64,000 nucleotides of DNA from Schmidtea polychroa (Eukaryota), in assembly GCA_044892525.1 (NCBI GenBank), contig CM097885.1, positions 48,424,001-48,488,000 on the forward strand, written 5' to 3'. Below, piece by piece: positions 29,949-42,032 of the stretch (its first letter is position 1; each line of letters opens with the position of its first letter). Both the position numbers and the translations under genes were made by a program. The notes under the pieces are model-generated. The model worked only from the letters and a program-made list of their open reading frames with translations, did no database searches and was not told the origin of the DNA.

Positions 29949-31327
29949 TTCTGATAATGATAATAATATGACTAAAATGTACAAAATAAATAAAGTTCTT
30001 ACTATTTCTGAGTTAAACTTGTAAAAATAGTTCAAACCATAAATTAATCTAAACAAATATTTTGATGGAGATAAAATACGGAAATTTAACTAATGAAATG
30101 AAGATAGGAAAACAAAATTTAATCTTATATAACTCCAACAAATTGCGACCGTGGTATTCTGACCGAAATGACCCAGTACACTTGTTATATTTTTCAAGAT
30201 TCTTTCGATATTTTTATTTGAAGTGACCCTGCAACATGTAATTGTAAGATATGAGCAAAACATTGTATATGAATGCAAATTCCTGATATTACTAGAAAAT
30301 TTTGAGAAATCATAAAGAATCAAGACGAATCGAGGTAAATCGGAACATCAAAATGCGATTATAATCATAAAGTACAAGAAGCCAAAACCGTTCAACAATG
30401 AATCTCATCTTTGTGATTGGGGGTTATACGTTTATTCACAGTTTGTTATGAAAATATTGAATATGCAAAATGCGTTGGGAGTGTTATTATTATTTATTGA
30501 ATATTAAAGACCACAAAGAGTCAGAAATACCGATTGTAGTTTATTTGTTTAATTAAAAACACAAAAATTATTATTATACACGGGTGGTTATCAAATTTAT
30601 TGCATAATTCTAGTATTTGGGTTCAAATATCAGGATATATGACTTTTTCTTTTATGGCAATAATAAAATAACTATATGTATAGTAAAATGATAAATGTTT
30701 TTTGGGAATGGTGGTTCAGTGGGCAAATACTCTTCTTGATTTTTGATGATGTCGGAAAGTTTTTGGTTCAAATCCCAGGAAGGATGACTTTTTTATTTTT
30801 TTTCAAAAATTTATTTTTAACATTTGTTGGGCCAAATTTCGAGAGTGTTGGAAATCAGGTTAAGTACGAATAAAAAAGATAAAATAAATTTCACGAAAAT
30901 CGTGGAAAAATATAAAAACAACTAGATTAGATAACTATAATAGAAATAAGAATATAAAGGGAATAAAAATAACTAATAAAATAAAAAAATGTATAAGACG
31001 AAAAATAAATCGAAAAAGAAAATTACCCAACACACATAATAGCAGAAGGAAATAAAATTATAAAATTTAAGGAAAATAAACAAGAAATTTGGACATAAAA
31101 TAGAAATAAAACCATTTTCAAATAAATGTATAGGCTAATTAAAACAAAAAATTATACTATAACCAAATAACAATAAATTCGCAGGAAAAACAGGAGAAAA
31201 ATAATAATAAATAGGAAATAAATAAAATAATAAGAAAAATAAGAAAAAGTTAATAAATTCTAACATATTACATCAAAAAACATAAAAATAATAATAAATA
31301 ATAACATTACATACAAGTCGCGTCCTG

Positions 31328-31350
31328 ATTGGACGAGAAATAGTATAAAA
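31328..31350 (+). promoter_or_regulatory. Candidate LTR promoter (inverted CCAAT plus TATAAAA)
   Basis: ATTGG at 31328 and TATAAAA at 31344 follow an A-rich U3-like tract. Motif evidence only. Confidence 0.3.
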
Positions 31351-33904
31351 GAAATGGAAAATATCTGTAGAGTACCATTTAACCGCTATTCTCTACAGGT
31401 AAAATTTTGTTATTTAACCATTCACCATTTAACCGCTATACTCTACAGATTTTGGAACCAATTCTCGGACACTACTACAACTCATTCAATAGGAACCTTT
31501 TGAGAGACATCGAATTAAAAATCATTCAAAATCATTCAGACGGAGATCAGAATTTTAAAGGGACAAAAACACTAAACTTAGAAGACAAACGTTATTTTCA
31601 ATACTCTCGAGGAAAATTTTAGTAAGTTGTATGAATGAAAATTGTATGATTTTTAGATATAATAATGAACCATAAAGACCATAAAATAAAATTTGTAATT
31701 CACAAGATGCATTCTTTCTCTATGATGCTGGCGACGATGTCTTCTAGGAATCGGATGTAATGCGGCGAACTTGAATGAATTTCGAAGGGAATGTCTGAGA
31801 ACGAGTATCAGAAAAGGAGAAACTTGAATCGAGGTTCGGCATGAAAGGAGCATCACACGAGTTGAATATTTAATACATAACGAGCATCACCATACGACAT
31901 CATATCCGAAACGTAGACGGCGTGGTCGCCAGGTAAATAATTTTCCATTCAGTAGATATAATTTTGTAGAATTGATTTATTCATGGAACTATTCTATTAT
32001 TTTTCGATAATTATTTATGATATATATGTTGAATAATGATTGAGGAGATAGATTCGTCCTTCCTGACGGTCCAAGGGGGGTGGCAGAAATGTATGCCGCT
32101 CTTGGGTGGGTCAGGAAGGGTGAGGACATCCAGTAAGTGGCAGAAAGCGGTTACACGAACAAAGTCTTTTCACCGAGTGCGATCCGTTATTCTCGTCGTC
32201 GAAAACATTTCCTCGGAACGAATTGCAGTCACAAAGTTTAACGTAGAGGACAAATCCACGGAGAATCTTAGGAAAATTTCGGATTTACAGATCATTGACA
32301 CTATATTCAATTTTCTTTCCTCGAATCTCGATTGAACACCGACTACTCCTTGTACTTGCCGACGAATAGTGTCTAATATCCAAACGACAGAGATCTATAT
32401 TCGCGCGATATTGCCGATGGGATTCCGTAGGAGATATCTTGAAACTGCAGTCCTCTGAGGTTTGTATCGCTGGGACGTTAGCGAGTAGATCCACCATCTC
32501 GATTGTTATCAGCTTTGGGTAGACTCGTCGGATAATGTTGACAGGCCGTTATCAACGCTGGTAGGACGATCTAGACAAGATCGTGAATATTCTTAACAAT
32601 CAATCAAGATGATTACCGTAGGCCGGAAGGAATTATCATAGACATTGTCGAGAATTATCTGTTTGTTTTCCCGTAATTTAGATATGATTGCCGGAGGCGG
32701 CTAGCAATGTTTAGATAAATTATCCAAATTATATAGATTGCGAATGAAGGCCGTCGAGCACGAGAGAAATACAGCACTTATCGCGATTGTCAAGAGAGCA
32801 ATGAAAACCTGATCGACAAACTAGAATTTTATCTGATAGGCTAACTGTCAACCCACGCACTCATTGAGATCACTTTGCCTTTACGACTCCGTTAAACATC
32901 GCTGACTGTCTGTACACACCGGCAAGGAGGCTGATGAGAGAACCTGCTGAGATACATGTATCTGAATCGATAGTTGACTCAGTGATTTGTGTGTAAATCT
33001 GCAGACATGAGTTTAGGAGGAAAAACAAGAAAACATTACATTCAAGGCATTATTCAGTGGCTATAAGTAATTACTTCGTAAAGTGTTTGTTAATAGACTG
33101 ATGATTAAATTTTGGTAGAAATGAAATACTTGCATAACTTGTTATCATTTCCAAGCACTTATCCGAGATCGCAAATAATAAAATAGATTAAATAAATCGA
33201 CGGGAATTTCAAAGAAAATGTATAAAGAATAATAGACGTCTAAGAGTACGGCAGCAAAAATAGAATTAGAGCTTGTTAAACAGATTTGATAAAACTAGGT
33301 TCAGAAAATTAAAAATGTAAATAAAATGCTAAAGAATTATTATAAAAAATGATTAAATTAAATAAATATCGGCGAAAATTTAGAATAAGAAAGCTGAGAT
33401 GTTGAATTAATCAATGTAATTTAATAACTTACAAGTTTCCTATTCGACTAGCTTGGTTTAGTGTAACGCCAGGGAACATGTGTCGCATTTGATTATTCGG
33501 CTAACCTAAAACCATGAAAATCGGACAAAGGATAGGGCGTTTTACAAAAAATTTAAAAGGGGGAAAATAATATATAAAATTCGCGAGAATGAAATAATAA
33601 TACAAGTAGGTGATGATATATTTAAAGGCAAACTTTCAACCCCGAAGATAGATTTAAGATTGTCACGTGCGAATAGGATGATGCGAAAAGTTCCGTTTTC
33701 TTTTCCATCGAACTGTAGCTGTTTGGATAAATTAGTTTGAATGTTTGGGGTTTGAATGGGTCTCGATATGGCCACTGGTATATGCGCATGAGACTGGATT
33801 TTTATTGTTTTATTCTTACCCGGAGCGGACGTAAATTTCTCGTCGTAGGAGTGTCACTGACGATACAATGTTTAAAGTGTGAGTATAAGTGTCTTAACTT
33901 TTAG

Positions 33905-34664
33905 ATGACCACACCGACCAAATCCGGAAACACTCTTCATCCTTGCTTTTCCTGTGCCGATAAAAATGCGGACATCGCGCAGCTTCACCTATATATCGGG
34001 GAATTAAAAGAGGATCGACCTCCTCGAAGGAACGTGGTTCTCCCCACCACAGATGAAGGAAGAGAGAAGCAAAATTTTCAGGCTAGAACACTGTCGCGAC
34101 AGCCTCCTAGAGGAGAGTCGTTGCCAAAGATTAACAATCAAAGCACAACCCGAAGCCCTCCACAAGGTATACACGGAGGCAGAGTTGGCTAAGCGGGTGC
34201 GGGAATTCCCCGTCTTGGAAGGGACAAACGTGTTCCCTATTCACCACCACTCCTCTACATCTTCTACTTCAAACTGCAAGGGGCATGGCCCGCATCTGCC
34301 GCCCATCCCAGCTCCAGTATTGACAAGTTATCAACCAATGGCCGGTGGTCCTTCAGACCCTATCCTGGCCCTGGTTCTTGTGGCACCTGCCGCCGCCTCT
34401 GTCGAAGGGAGAAACTTGCCACCCCGCAAACGCAAGCGGCCGACCAGAGCCGAGAAAAACCAGAAGCGAAGAAATGCAATGACAGCGCTCGAAGCGTCAT
34501 TATCCGCGGCGCAATCTACGATAAAGAAGATATCCACCACCCATACGATTCCCACAAAGGAAGTTTTCCGCATAGTACCGGCCGAAGGCCTCAAATACGT
34601 TGCAGATCATCGACTACCTGTCGATATTGACGAAATGCTCGCAGAAGGGGAGGTATTCCCGTAA
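33905..34664 (+). pseudogene. Roughly 250-aa ORF inside the insertion, split by one frameshift near 34005; CxxC, coiled coil, Pro-rich linker and basic NLS-like motif; product unknown
   Basis: GC-richer, coding-like sequence. PCFSCADKNADIAQLHLYIGEL continues in another frame as KRIDLLEGTWFSPPQMKEERSK into the 203-aa ORF, which contains RKRKRPTR. Confidence 0.5.
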
Positions 34665-35196
34665 CGGACTCTTCCATCGGTCTCGATTCTCCTAACTCAT
34701 GACTAATATTGAAAATTTGACGATTTTTTGTGCATGATTCTTAGTGTTTTGTCATTATGTAAATAATTGTGAATGTCTTTCTATGTCTATTTTAATATAA
34801 TTGTTCGATTTATTTGACTGTATTATTAGTATGCGTGATTTCGTGGTTGATTTGAATGAAAAAGTGATCCTGAAGGTATAGCATGAGATTAAAGGTCGTC
34901 CCTTTGGAACAGGGTCGGACTGAGTTATGTGTGTAGAAATGGGTAAGACCTTCTAAGGCACCGTGGAACCCGAACCGAGAAGGGGTTAGGAGTAGTCTTA
35001 AGGCAGAAGCTCACCTGCTAACCCGTTCCAACCCGTGTGAGCATCACCAACGTGGAACATCACCACGGGCTCACATGTGGGAATATTAGTAAGGTCATTT
35101 GGAGTATGTAAGGGAAGGGTCTGAGCGGAACGACGAGGCTTTGTATGTTTGTCAATCATGTATATATATTCCTCTTCCCACATACGCCAACACATT

Positions 35197-35420
35197 TATT
35201 ATTAATAGAATATGAATCAGCATACTTTGTTTGCTATAAATTTAAAATTTCATAAAAATTGGTCAAGGATTTCTTATTTTAGGATAAAAAATAATATTTT
35301 GATATGAGACTCCAGTGGTTCTCACACTTTGTGGCGTTATTGAAGTCCTTGGGTCTAAATCCCAGGAGGCATGATTTTTTCTTAAATAATTATAAAATAT
35401 TAATATATGTATAATTAAAT
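35197..35420. repeat. Remainder of array unit 10, increasingly diverged; right boundary of the array
   Basis: Resumes TATTATTAATAGAATATGAATCAG. Mismatches accumulate after about 35340 and homology is lost near 35420. Confidence 0.9.
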
Positions 35421-35681
35421 TATGTGTCTACCTAGAAATAATATCTATGTTAATTTGAATATTTAACTAATTTTTTTAATTTTTAATCCCTTTCCTTTTG
35501 TTAACTTTCTGCACTAATAAAATATCACAATAAGTATAAAATAAAAAGTTACGTCTTATAGAGTACTACTATAACATCTTAATTGCATGCAAAATAAATG
35601 TATCCCATAATCGAATTTTTCTTCATAGACAATCCAAGGTCTTAGCGTCCCGGATTGACGTGCTGAATGCTGTTTCATGTT

Positions 35682-36050
35682 TTAAAGGTCATTATTAGTC
35701 TGAGAAGAAAAATGATGAAAAATGGTGTTGTGCAGATGATGATATTGTTTGTTTCTTCGAATTTGTACGTCAGAGATTCGAGAAAGATTTGTATTCTTTA
35801 TGCGTTCTTTAGTCAATTCTTTAGATAGATTATCATTATTATCTGAATACTCAGTACTTGTTGACCTATAAACAACTCGAATATATCGGGGTTCAAAGAA
35901 AGTGATTTCCCATTGACTAGAATGAGGGTATATTGGTAATATTTTATTTTTTATCATCACAAACTTTGAAATTGAATTAGATCGCATTTTCTGAAAGTTT
36001 AAAATTTTCAAAGTGAAGTTATATGTTAATTTTGGTTTGGCATTTTCCAC
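35682..36050 (-). pseudogene. Possible degenerate MATH/TRAF-like domain fragment
   Basis: YNFTLKILNFQKM resembles the MATH strand-1 pattern FxxxIxNFS, and IFHHFSSQTNND resembles the HxF motif before DWG. Weak resemblance. Confidence 0.3.
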
Positions 36051-36199
36051 AATAATAAATTACAATTTTTTATTAACTCTAGCTTGTCGTGAGACGTTTA
36101 ATTTTTGGTTAATTAGATGAAAATAAACTCTATTTGTTTCATTCTGAAAAGTAGAAGGATGTGAGCCCGTCAGATACAAAGGGGGGTATTGCGACTACA

Positions 36200-36465
36200 T
36201 AATAATGACCGATTACATAGTACACATATTATTACTGTTTGACCATTCACTTGACTATTACGTAATATAAATATAGTGACATTTAGGTAATACACACACT
36301 TTTGCAAACGGACCGTTCATGTGACCTTTATGTAATACACACATTGTTACTAACTGACCAATCGCGTGACCTTTACACAATACACACACTATTGCTAACT
36401 GACCGTTCGTGTGCTCATTACGTAATACATACATTATTGCTAACTGACCACGTACTGATGACTCA
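36200..36465. repeat. Degenerate minisatellite of about 45 bp (about 5-6 units)
   Basis: CTGACC..CGTG..C.TTA.GTAATACACACATT.TTGCTAA units; they appear as a 15-aa period in track ORF 36302..36511. Confidence 0.75.
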
Positions 36466-36841
36466 ATATACTGTCCACGGTTACTATGTCGTCATACTTA
36501 GTGGTCACTAGTTGCTAACTGTCTCCATGTAGTAACAACACACACACACACCTCGACTACTCTCTGTGAGGATCTAGTACTATTGACTACTCTATGTGAG
36601 GAATAAATGGGTATTGGCCGTAAGGGTACTGGTGTGTTTTAATAATTATATTTGGACAAATTTTGGTGTTTAAGACATTCATAGGTAATTTTTTAGAGTT
36701 GATGTTAGTGGGATTTAGTAAATACTCAAGTGAATTACTATAATTTTTTGTGAATTTCATGTTAATTGAAAGAATATTTAAAAATTTAAGGTTTTATTGT
36801 TAATTCTAAGACAAATTTAATTAATTTCTTGATAATTTACT

Positions 36842-37828
36842 TGTTGGGTTTTATGATATCAAAATCAACCGTTGGTTACTCTGACTCCACGTGTTCCAAA
36901 ATCAATAAACAAAAACTCCCAACGTATATTTGTTTTATAACAATTCACCACTCAACAATTAATCACACTGTTGGTTAATCACAATTCTTACACAATTTCA
37001 GATCGAACTCCGCCCTGGAAGGTCTCGGCCTTGTACGATTTAAAAAAATAGGTTTCACCTTTTGTTTGATTCCGCTCTCTGATCCGAACTCTTTTAATAT
37101 TCCTTTCTGACTCCTAAATTCCTCTTATAATTCCTTTTTCCCTTTATTTTTATTCCTCGAACTCCTATCGTCTGTTTCTTCGTATCCCTACCTAAGGCTA
37201 TCGCCGATTATGTGAATTTTGAGTTTCCTTATATACTCCCATAATCGTTGTAATTGCCCCATTTTTGACCTAATTGGTTTTGACTTCTTCAGCTATCATT
37301 CCCTAATTGACTATTTTTGTTGACCCTCTTCGTAATTCCCTGTCTTTTGTTTACCCTCGTTTATCCGGTTGTTTGGATAATTGCCCTCTGAATTCCTCGT
37401 TTGTTTACCCTTCCAAATTGCCGTGCTCGGGTTTTCTTCATCGCTCGGGTTCTCCATTGGCTCGGGCTTCCCATTAGCTCGGGTTTCTCATTAGCCAATT
37501 AATTAATTAATATTTTACGTTTTTCCACATTTGTCTGTTTTACGACCCTTTCTACACATTTTCTAACAATTTCTTGCTCACTGTCTTCTTCACCATCCCT
37601 TGATCTACCCCTCTCCCATTTTCCAGCTTCAATTTCGATAACTTTTCACTTTATTCCACTTCCTCCGGTTTGCGCATTTTCCCATTTCATGTCTGATTGT
37701 ACCCTTTTATAGTTCTGTTTTTATCATATCTTTCTTTGCCATTGATTCTCTGCTTGACCGCGATTCAATTTCGGATTTCCTTTTAATCTGAACTATATAA
37801 TTTAATAATTTATTTTCAAACCTCAACA
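36842..37828 (-). repeat. 3' LTR (987 bp)
   Basis: TGTTGGG...CCTCAACA; direct repeat of 46140-47129 with roughly ten differences seen by eye. Confidence 0.96.
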
Positions 37829-37842
37829 TATCTCCCCCCTTA
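37829..37842 (-). promoter_or_regulatory. Polypurine tract
   Basis: The minus strand reads AAGGGGGGAGATA directly before the TG of the 3' LTR. Confidence 0.88.
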
Positions 37843-38199
37843 AAAAAAATTTCGTCCTCGAAATATGTGATGCTTATTTAATTTAAAATTCAAATATATA
37901 TTTCAATTATTATTCTTGTAAATTTTTTTGTTATTGTGAAAAATTTGTAAAATAAAAATATTTTTCAAAATTATAATAATTTTAATTGAAAATTTGGATT
38001 TAATTAAATTTCATCTTACATTTATGACTATTAAATTCATCAGAAATTATAAAAATATTTCCAAAATTCTTATTAAATAAAAGGGTTGAAAACTTTACAA
38101 ATTACCATAAATATTTATTATTATTAAGATTGTGTCACATTGATTTTGTATTATATTTTTTTAAATAAAAATAAGCCCTGTATTTCAGAAAGGATAGAT

Positions 38200-38928
38200 G
38201 ATACATAATTTTATTATCTCAGTTAGTTGAATATTTGATGCTAATTTTCAGAAATAAATCTATAAAATTAAACTTATCTCAGAAGATGCCGAATGTATTA
38301 TTTGAAATGGCATAATTGTTATAATATATTTATCCTTGATATCTCAAGCAAACAGATATTTCCTTGATATCAATGTCGATTCTTGATATCAATGTCGATT
38401 CCGGGAATAACAATGTTCTGCCTCCCTTGTTGGCAATTATAATCAATTGCCTCTTGAAATGGTAATTATTTGTTTGTTAATTTATTAATCTTAATTTAGG
38501 TATAAATAGGCCTTGTATATAACTTAAATTATCAAGCTTTTAACGAGATCGTAGGAAGTGTTTTTGTTAAATTCAATGAAAATTCTTCACTTTTAACATG
38601 CAATATTAAATCAAAACTCAAGATATAAAAATCCGTAATAATTCAGGACATTGAAACGGTGCTATATTTCTACAGTCAGATACCTGAGTTCTCCAGTGAG
38701 ATATTACCGTTTGAGCAACTACACAATATTTTCAAAATGGCATTTCTATCTGCTGGAGATTTTCAGGAAACTTTAATTGACACATATGTTGGATTGCTAA
38801 AGGAACTATTTCAAATACTAAAGGAGAACGATTTAAATCTGCTTATTGGGTTCTTGTGGGATGTGTTAAAAAACTATGAACCAGCAATGGGAGCAGCAGC
38901 TTGCTTACTTAACAGTGTCTACCAATCG
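38200..38928 (+). pseudogene. Captured host-gene fragment, helical-repeat-like protein of unknown identity, disrupted
   Basis: Coding-like exon IIQDIETVLYFYSQIPEF...LLNSVYQS ends at a GTAAG donor (38929). A short GT..AG intron lies at 38462-38499. Stops and a 19-bp tandem duplication lie upstream. Confidence 0.45.
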
Positions 38929-39823
38929 GTAAGACCTTTTTCGTATTCAGTCTACTTATAATTATAATAATTAATATTAATATTATTTTCATTATTTTTT
39001 GTTTATTTATTTTTACATTATTTATGATTTTGATTTTTGATTGATTTTTCGTTTTTATCACTTATATCATTATCTTATTTTATTTATTATTTTTATTTTT
39101 ATATTAATTTTATTATTTTAATTTTATTAATTATTATTATTATTATTATTTTTCTTATATCATAATTCATTCATCTTTATGTTATCTTGTTTATTTATCA
39201 ATTATTTGCGCTTATATATTAATTAGACCAATAAACAGTTTGTCTGTAACTAACAACTCCTGCAAATCATTTATTATCACTAAGTTTATTGTTTAACATA
39301 ATATGGACAGATTTTATGACAGATTAACTTAAAATATAAAATAATTTACATAATTAAAATAAGATTTTAAATATTTGTAGAAAAAAGAATGATTTAATGA
39401 CAATTTTAAAATTTAAATAAGTTTAATGTTCGCATTAAAACGATTAAATTTGTATATTGATTCTAATTATATATATAATCATTAGTCTTCATATTTATTA
39501 TTTTTCTTAAAAAATAATTTAAATAAAGTATTTTACATTTTAAATGTAATAAATATAAGAAAATTCATGTAAGTACTGAAGAAGTTTCTAAAAATGTTTT
39601 CAATTAAGGAGTTATTAAACAAATTACGTTTTTAATAAGTTTTCCAGTAGGAGTATGCCAACTATTAACGTTTCCGACATAAAACAGCCTGAGAAGTGTT
39701 GCTAATTATTGTATTATTTAATTATTACGAATTTATTTAATTTATAATTTATTTCGTTAATTTCAAAATAAATCAAACTTATATAGAAAAAATAAAAGAA
39801 ATATGTAATATTCCATAAGTTAG

Positions 39824-40210
<387 letters not shown>

Positions 40211-41654
40211 GTTAATTTTATATTTTTAATATATTGTTGATTATTTTCAATTTAGTAAATTGAAATAATAATAATAATCAAATCGTCAGTCGCTTGCCCT
40301 CCACGTTGCTGTGAACCCAATATCGTTTGGACCAAATCGCATTTGATAAGAGTTTTTATGACAATGAATAAGAATTTAATTTATTTTATATAATTAATTT
40401 ATCTTTTCGTTTCATCTATAATACTTTGTATGTAATTTCAGGTTTTTAATTTATTGAATATTTATAAAAGATTTTTTTTTAAAAAATTTATTAGCATTTC
40501 TTCGAAATAAAAGTAAAAAAAGGTATTTATTGTTTCATTATCTAATTCAGATTATTTTTTTTTAAATGCAATTTAATTTCCTTCGATTTTGCCGAATAAC
40601 TTTTTCGCTTTTTGGTGAAAACTTTATTATAACTTAACAGAATTTTGCACATAACATTTTAATAGTTTTGATTGTGTGGAGTTTTGATCTTATTCAATGT
40701 CCAATTGTGAGTATTTTTTATTATAGATATTTTGTGAATCGTGTTTGTGTGCGGTTATTCTTTCTTTCTATTCTCTCAGTAATAATTTCTATCCACCTAC
40801 ATTATAAGCCGTTATTTAACGACAAGGCTCTAATTTAATGTCAATTTTTGTCAATGCCACACACACTTTTATTATAAGTTAATTTAATTTATACTATTAA
40901 AGATTTAATTTATTGTGATTCAGGTTTTTATCTAATGCGTTACGGTGATATTTTTGTATATTTTTTTTTCACATACAATATTTTTAAAAGAAAATTTTTA
41001 CAAAAATAAAAATCTTAGTTGAAATACAAAGTTTGGAAGTTTTGTAAAAAAAAATTTTGATAATTTATGTATATGAAAAATCTGTTATATTTTGAAACGA
41101 TAAATTTCATCGCAAGTGTGCTTGATTTTTTTATTATAGGAATTGTGTTAGTATGTGTTTCTGAAACAAAAAAAATATTTTTTTTTTCACACAGTTAAGT
41201 TGGTGGAATGCTTGAAGTATTAATTTATTAGATTTTTAAAGATTATAGGAAATGTAAAATTTTGAAACAGGTATGATGAAAGAAATCCCCGCCCATATCC
41301 AATCTCAGCTTTTATGATTGTATGTCCGGATATCGACGGTCGATGATGAGTACAGCGACAGATTTTATGTCGGTTTTATCCAATGCACATTTTATCAAAT
41401 TTTAATGAACTCATTTTGTTTATTCAATTTTAAGTCTTAGGTTACAAATTTTTATTTTATTTATTTGCTATCATTTTTTTTATGCTATTATTATTAAATT
41501 TTATTTTTATTAGTTATTTTTTTTTTGTTTAGTCTTTCTCATTATTTTTGGTATTTCGAGGACGAAAGTGAGGTTCTCATTGTAAATATTTATTAATAGC
41601 AATTATTAAATTATTTTAATGTACCGCGTTCATCTCTCCCTCCTTATTAGTAGG

Positions 41655-41925
41655 TCATTCCTGTCCCTGCATCTGCATTTTCAACAATACGATTTCAGCT
41701 TCGAATTGGAACAAGAGAATTTCCATCCTTTCCAGCTTTCTTTTACAAATCATATCTTCTAGTTCCAAGTCGTCAATTTTCCTCTCCATTGGTTTCATTT
41801 TTCTTCTCATTTCTTTCATTGAGTTTCGACACTCTTTGATTGACTCTTCCTCTTGGGCTTCCTGAAGTTAAATATAATTAAAGTTTTCTTAAACACTCTT
41901 TATCGCGCAAGGCCAAGCATACCAT
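41655..41925 (-). CDS. Small spliced coiled-coil protein (69 aa), missed by the ORF track
   Basis: ATG (41925-41923), then a 61-nt intron GTATGC...TTCAG (41922-41862), then EAQEEESIKECRNSMKEMRRKMKPMERKIDDLELEDMICKRKLERMEILLFQFEAEIVLLKMQMQGQE-stop. Confidence 0.6.
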
Positions 41926-42032
41926 AGCGAAGTTCGACCAAACACAGTAACAAATCTACATTCATATAACCATGCTAATTTTTTAAAATTTGTTTACACG
42001 CATGTAATTTTATGATATAGTTTTTATCACAT

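Larger units (their letters stand above)
1..30824. repeat. Head-to-tail tandem array, 3106-bp unit, 10 units in view (10th interrupted at 30824; the array extends beyond the left edge)
   Basis: GAGAATATTCAAAA recurs at 1, 3107, 6213, 9319, 12425, 15531, 18637, 21743, 24849 and 27955. The ORF track repeats with an exact 3106 offset. Only scattered SNPs differ between units. Confidence 0.99.
30825..35192. mobile_element. 4368-bp insertion, probable solo LTR of a giant LTR retrotransposon
   Basis: Termini are TGTTGG...CCAACA, with a 4-bp TSD CATT at 30821-30824 and 35193-35196. The empty site AACATT|TATTATT is present in the other nine array units. No internal LTR pair or pol was seen. Confidence 0.8.

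Noticed and set aside
1..30824. Array as CRISPR, rDNA or pure assembly artefact
   Set aside because: There is no repeat-spacer structure or rRNA sequence. Block-wise SNPs, a unit-specific insertion and a diverged edge argue against an artefact, though the copy number needs read support.
41271..41410. Exon-like piece faintly resembling a SAMHD1 C-terminus
   Set aside because: Too short, contains a stop, and the similarity is too weak to name without a search.
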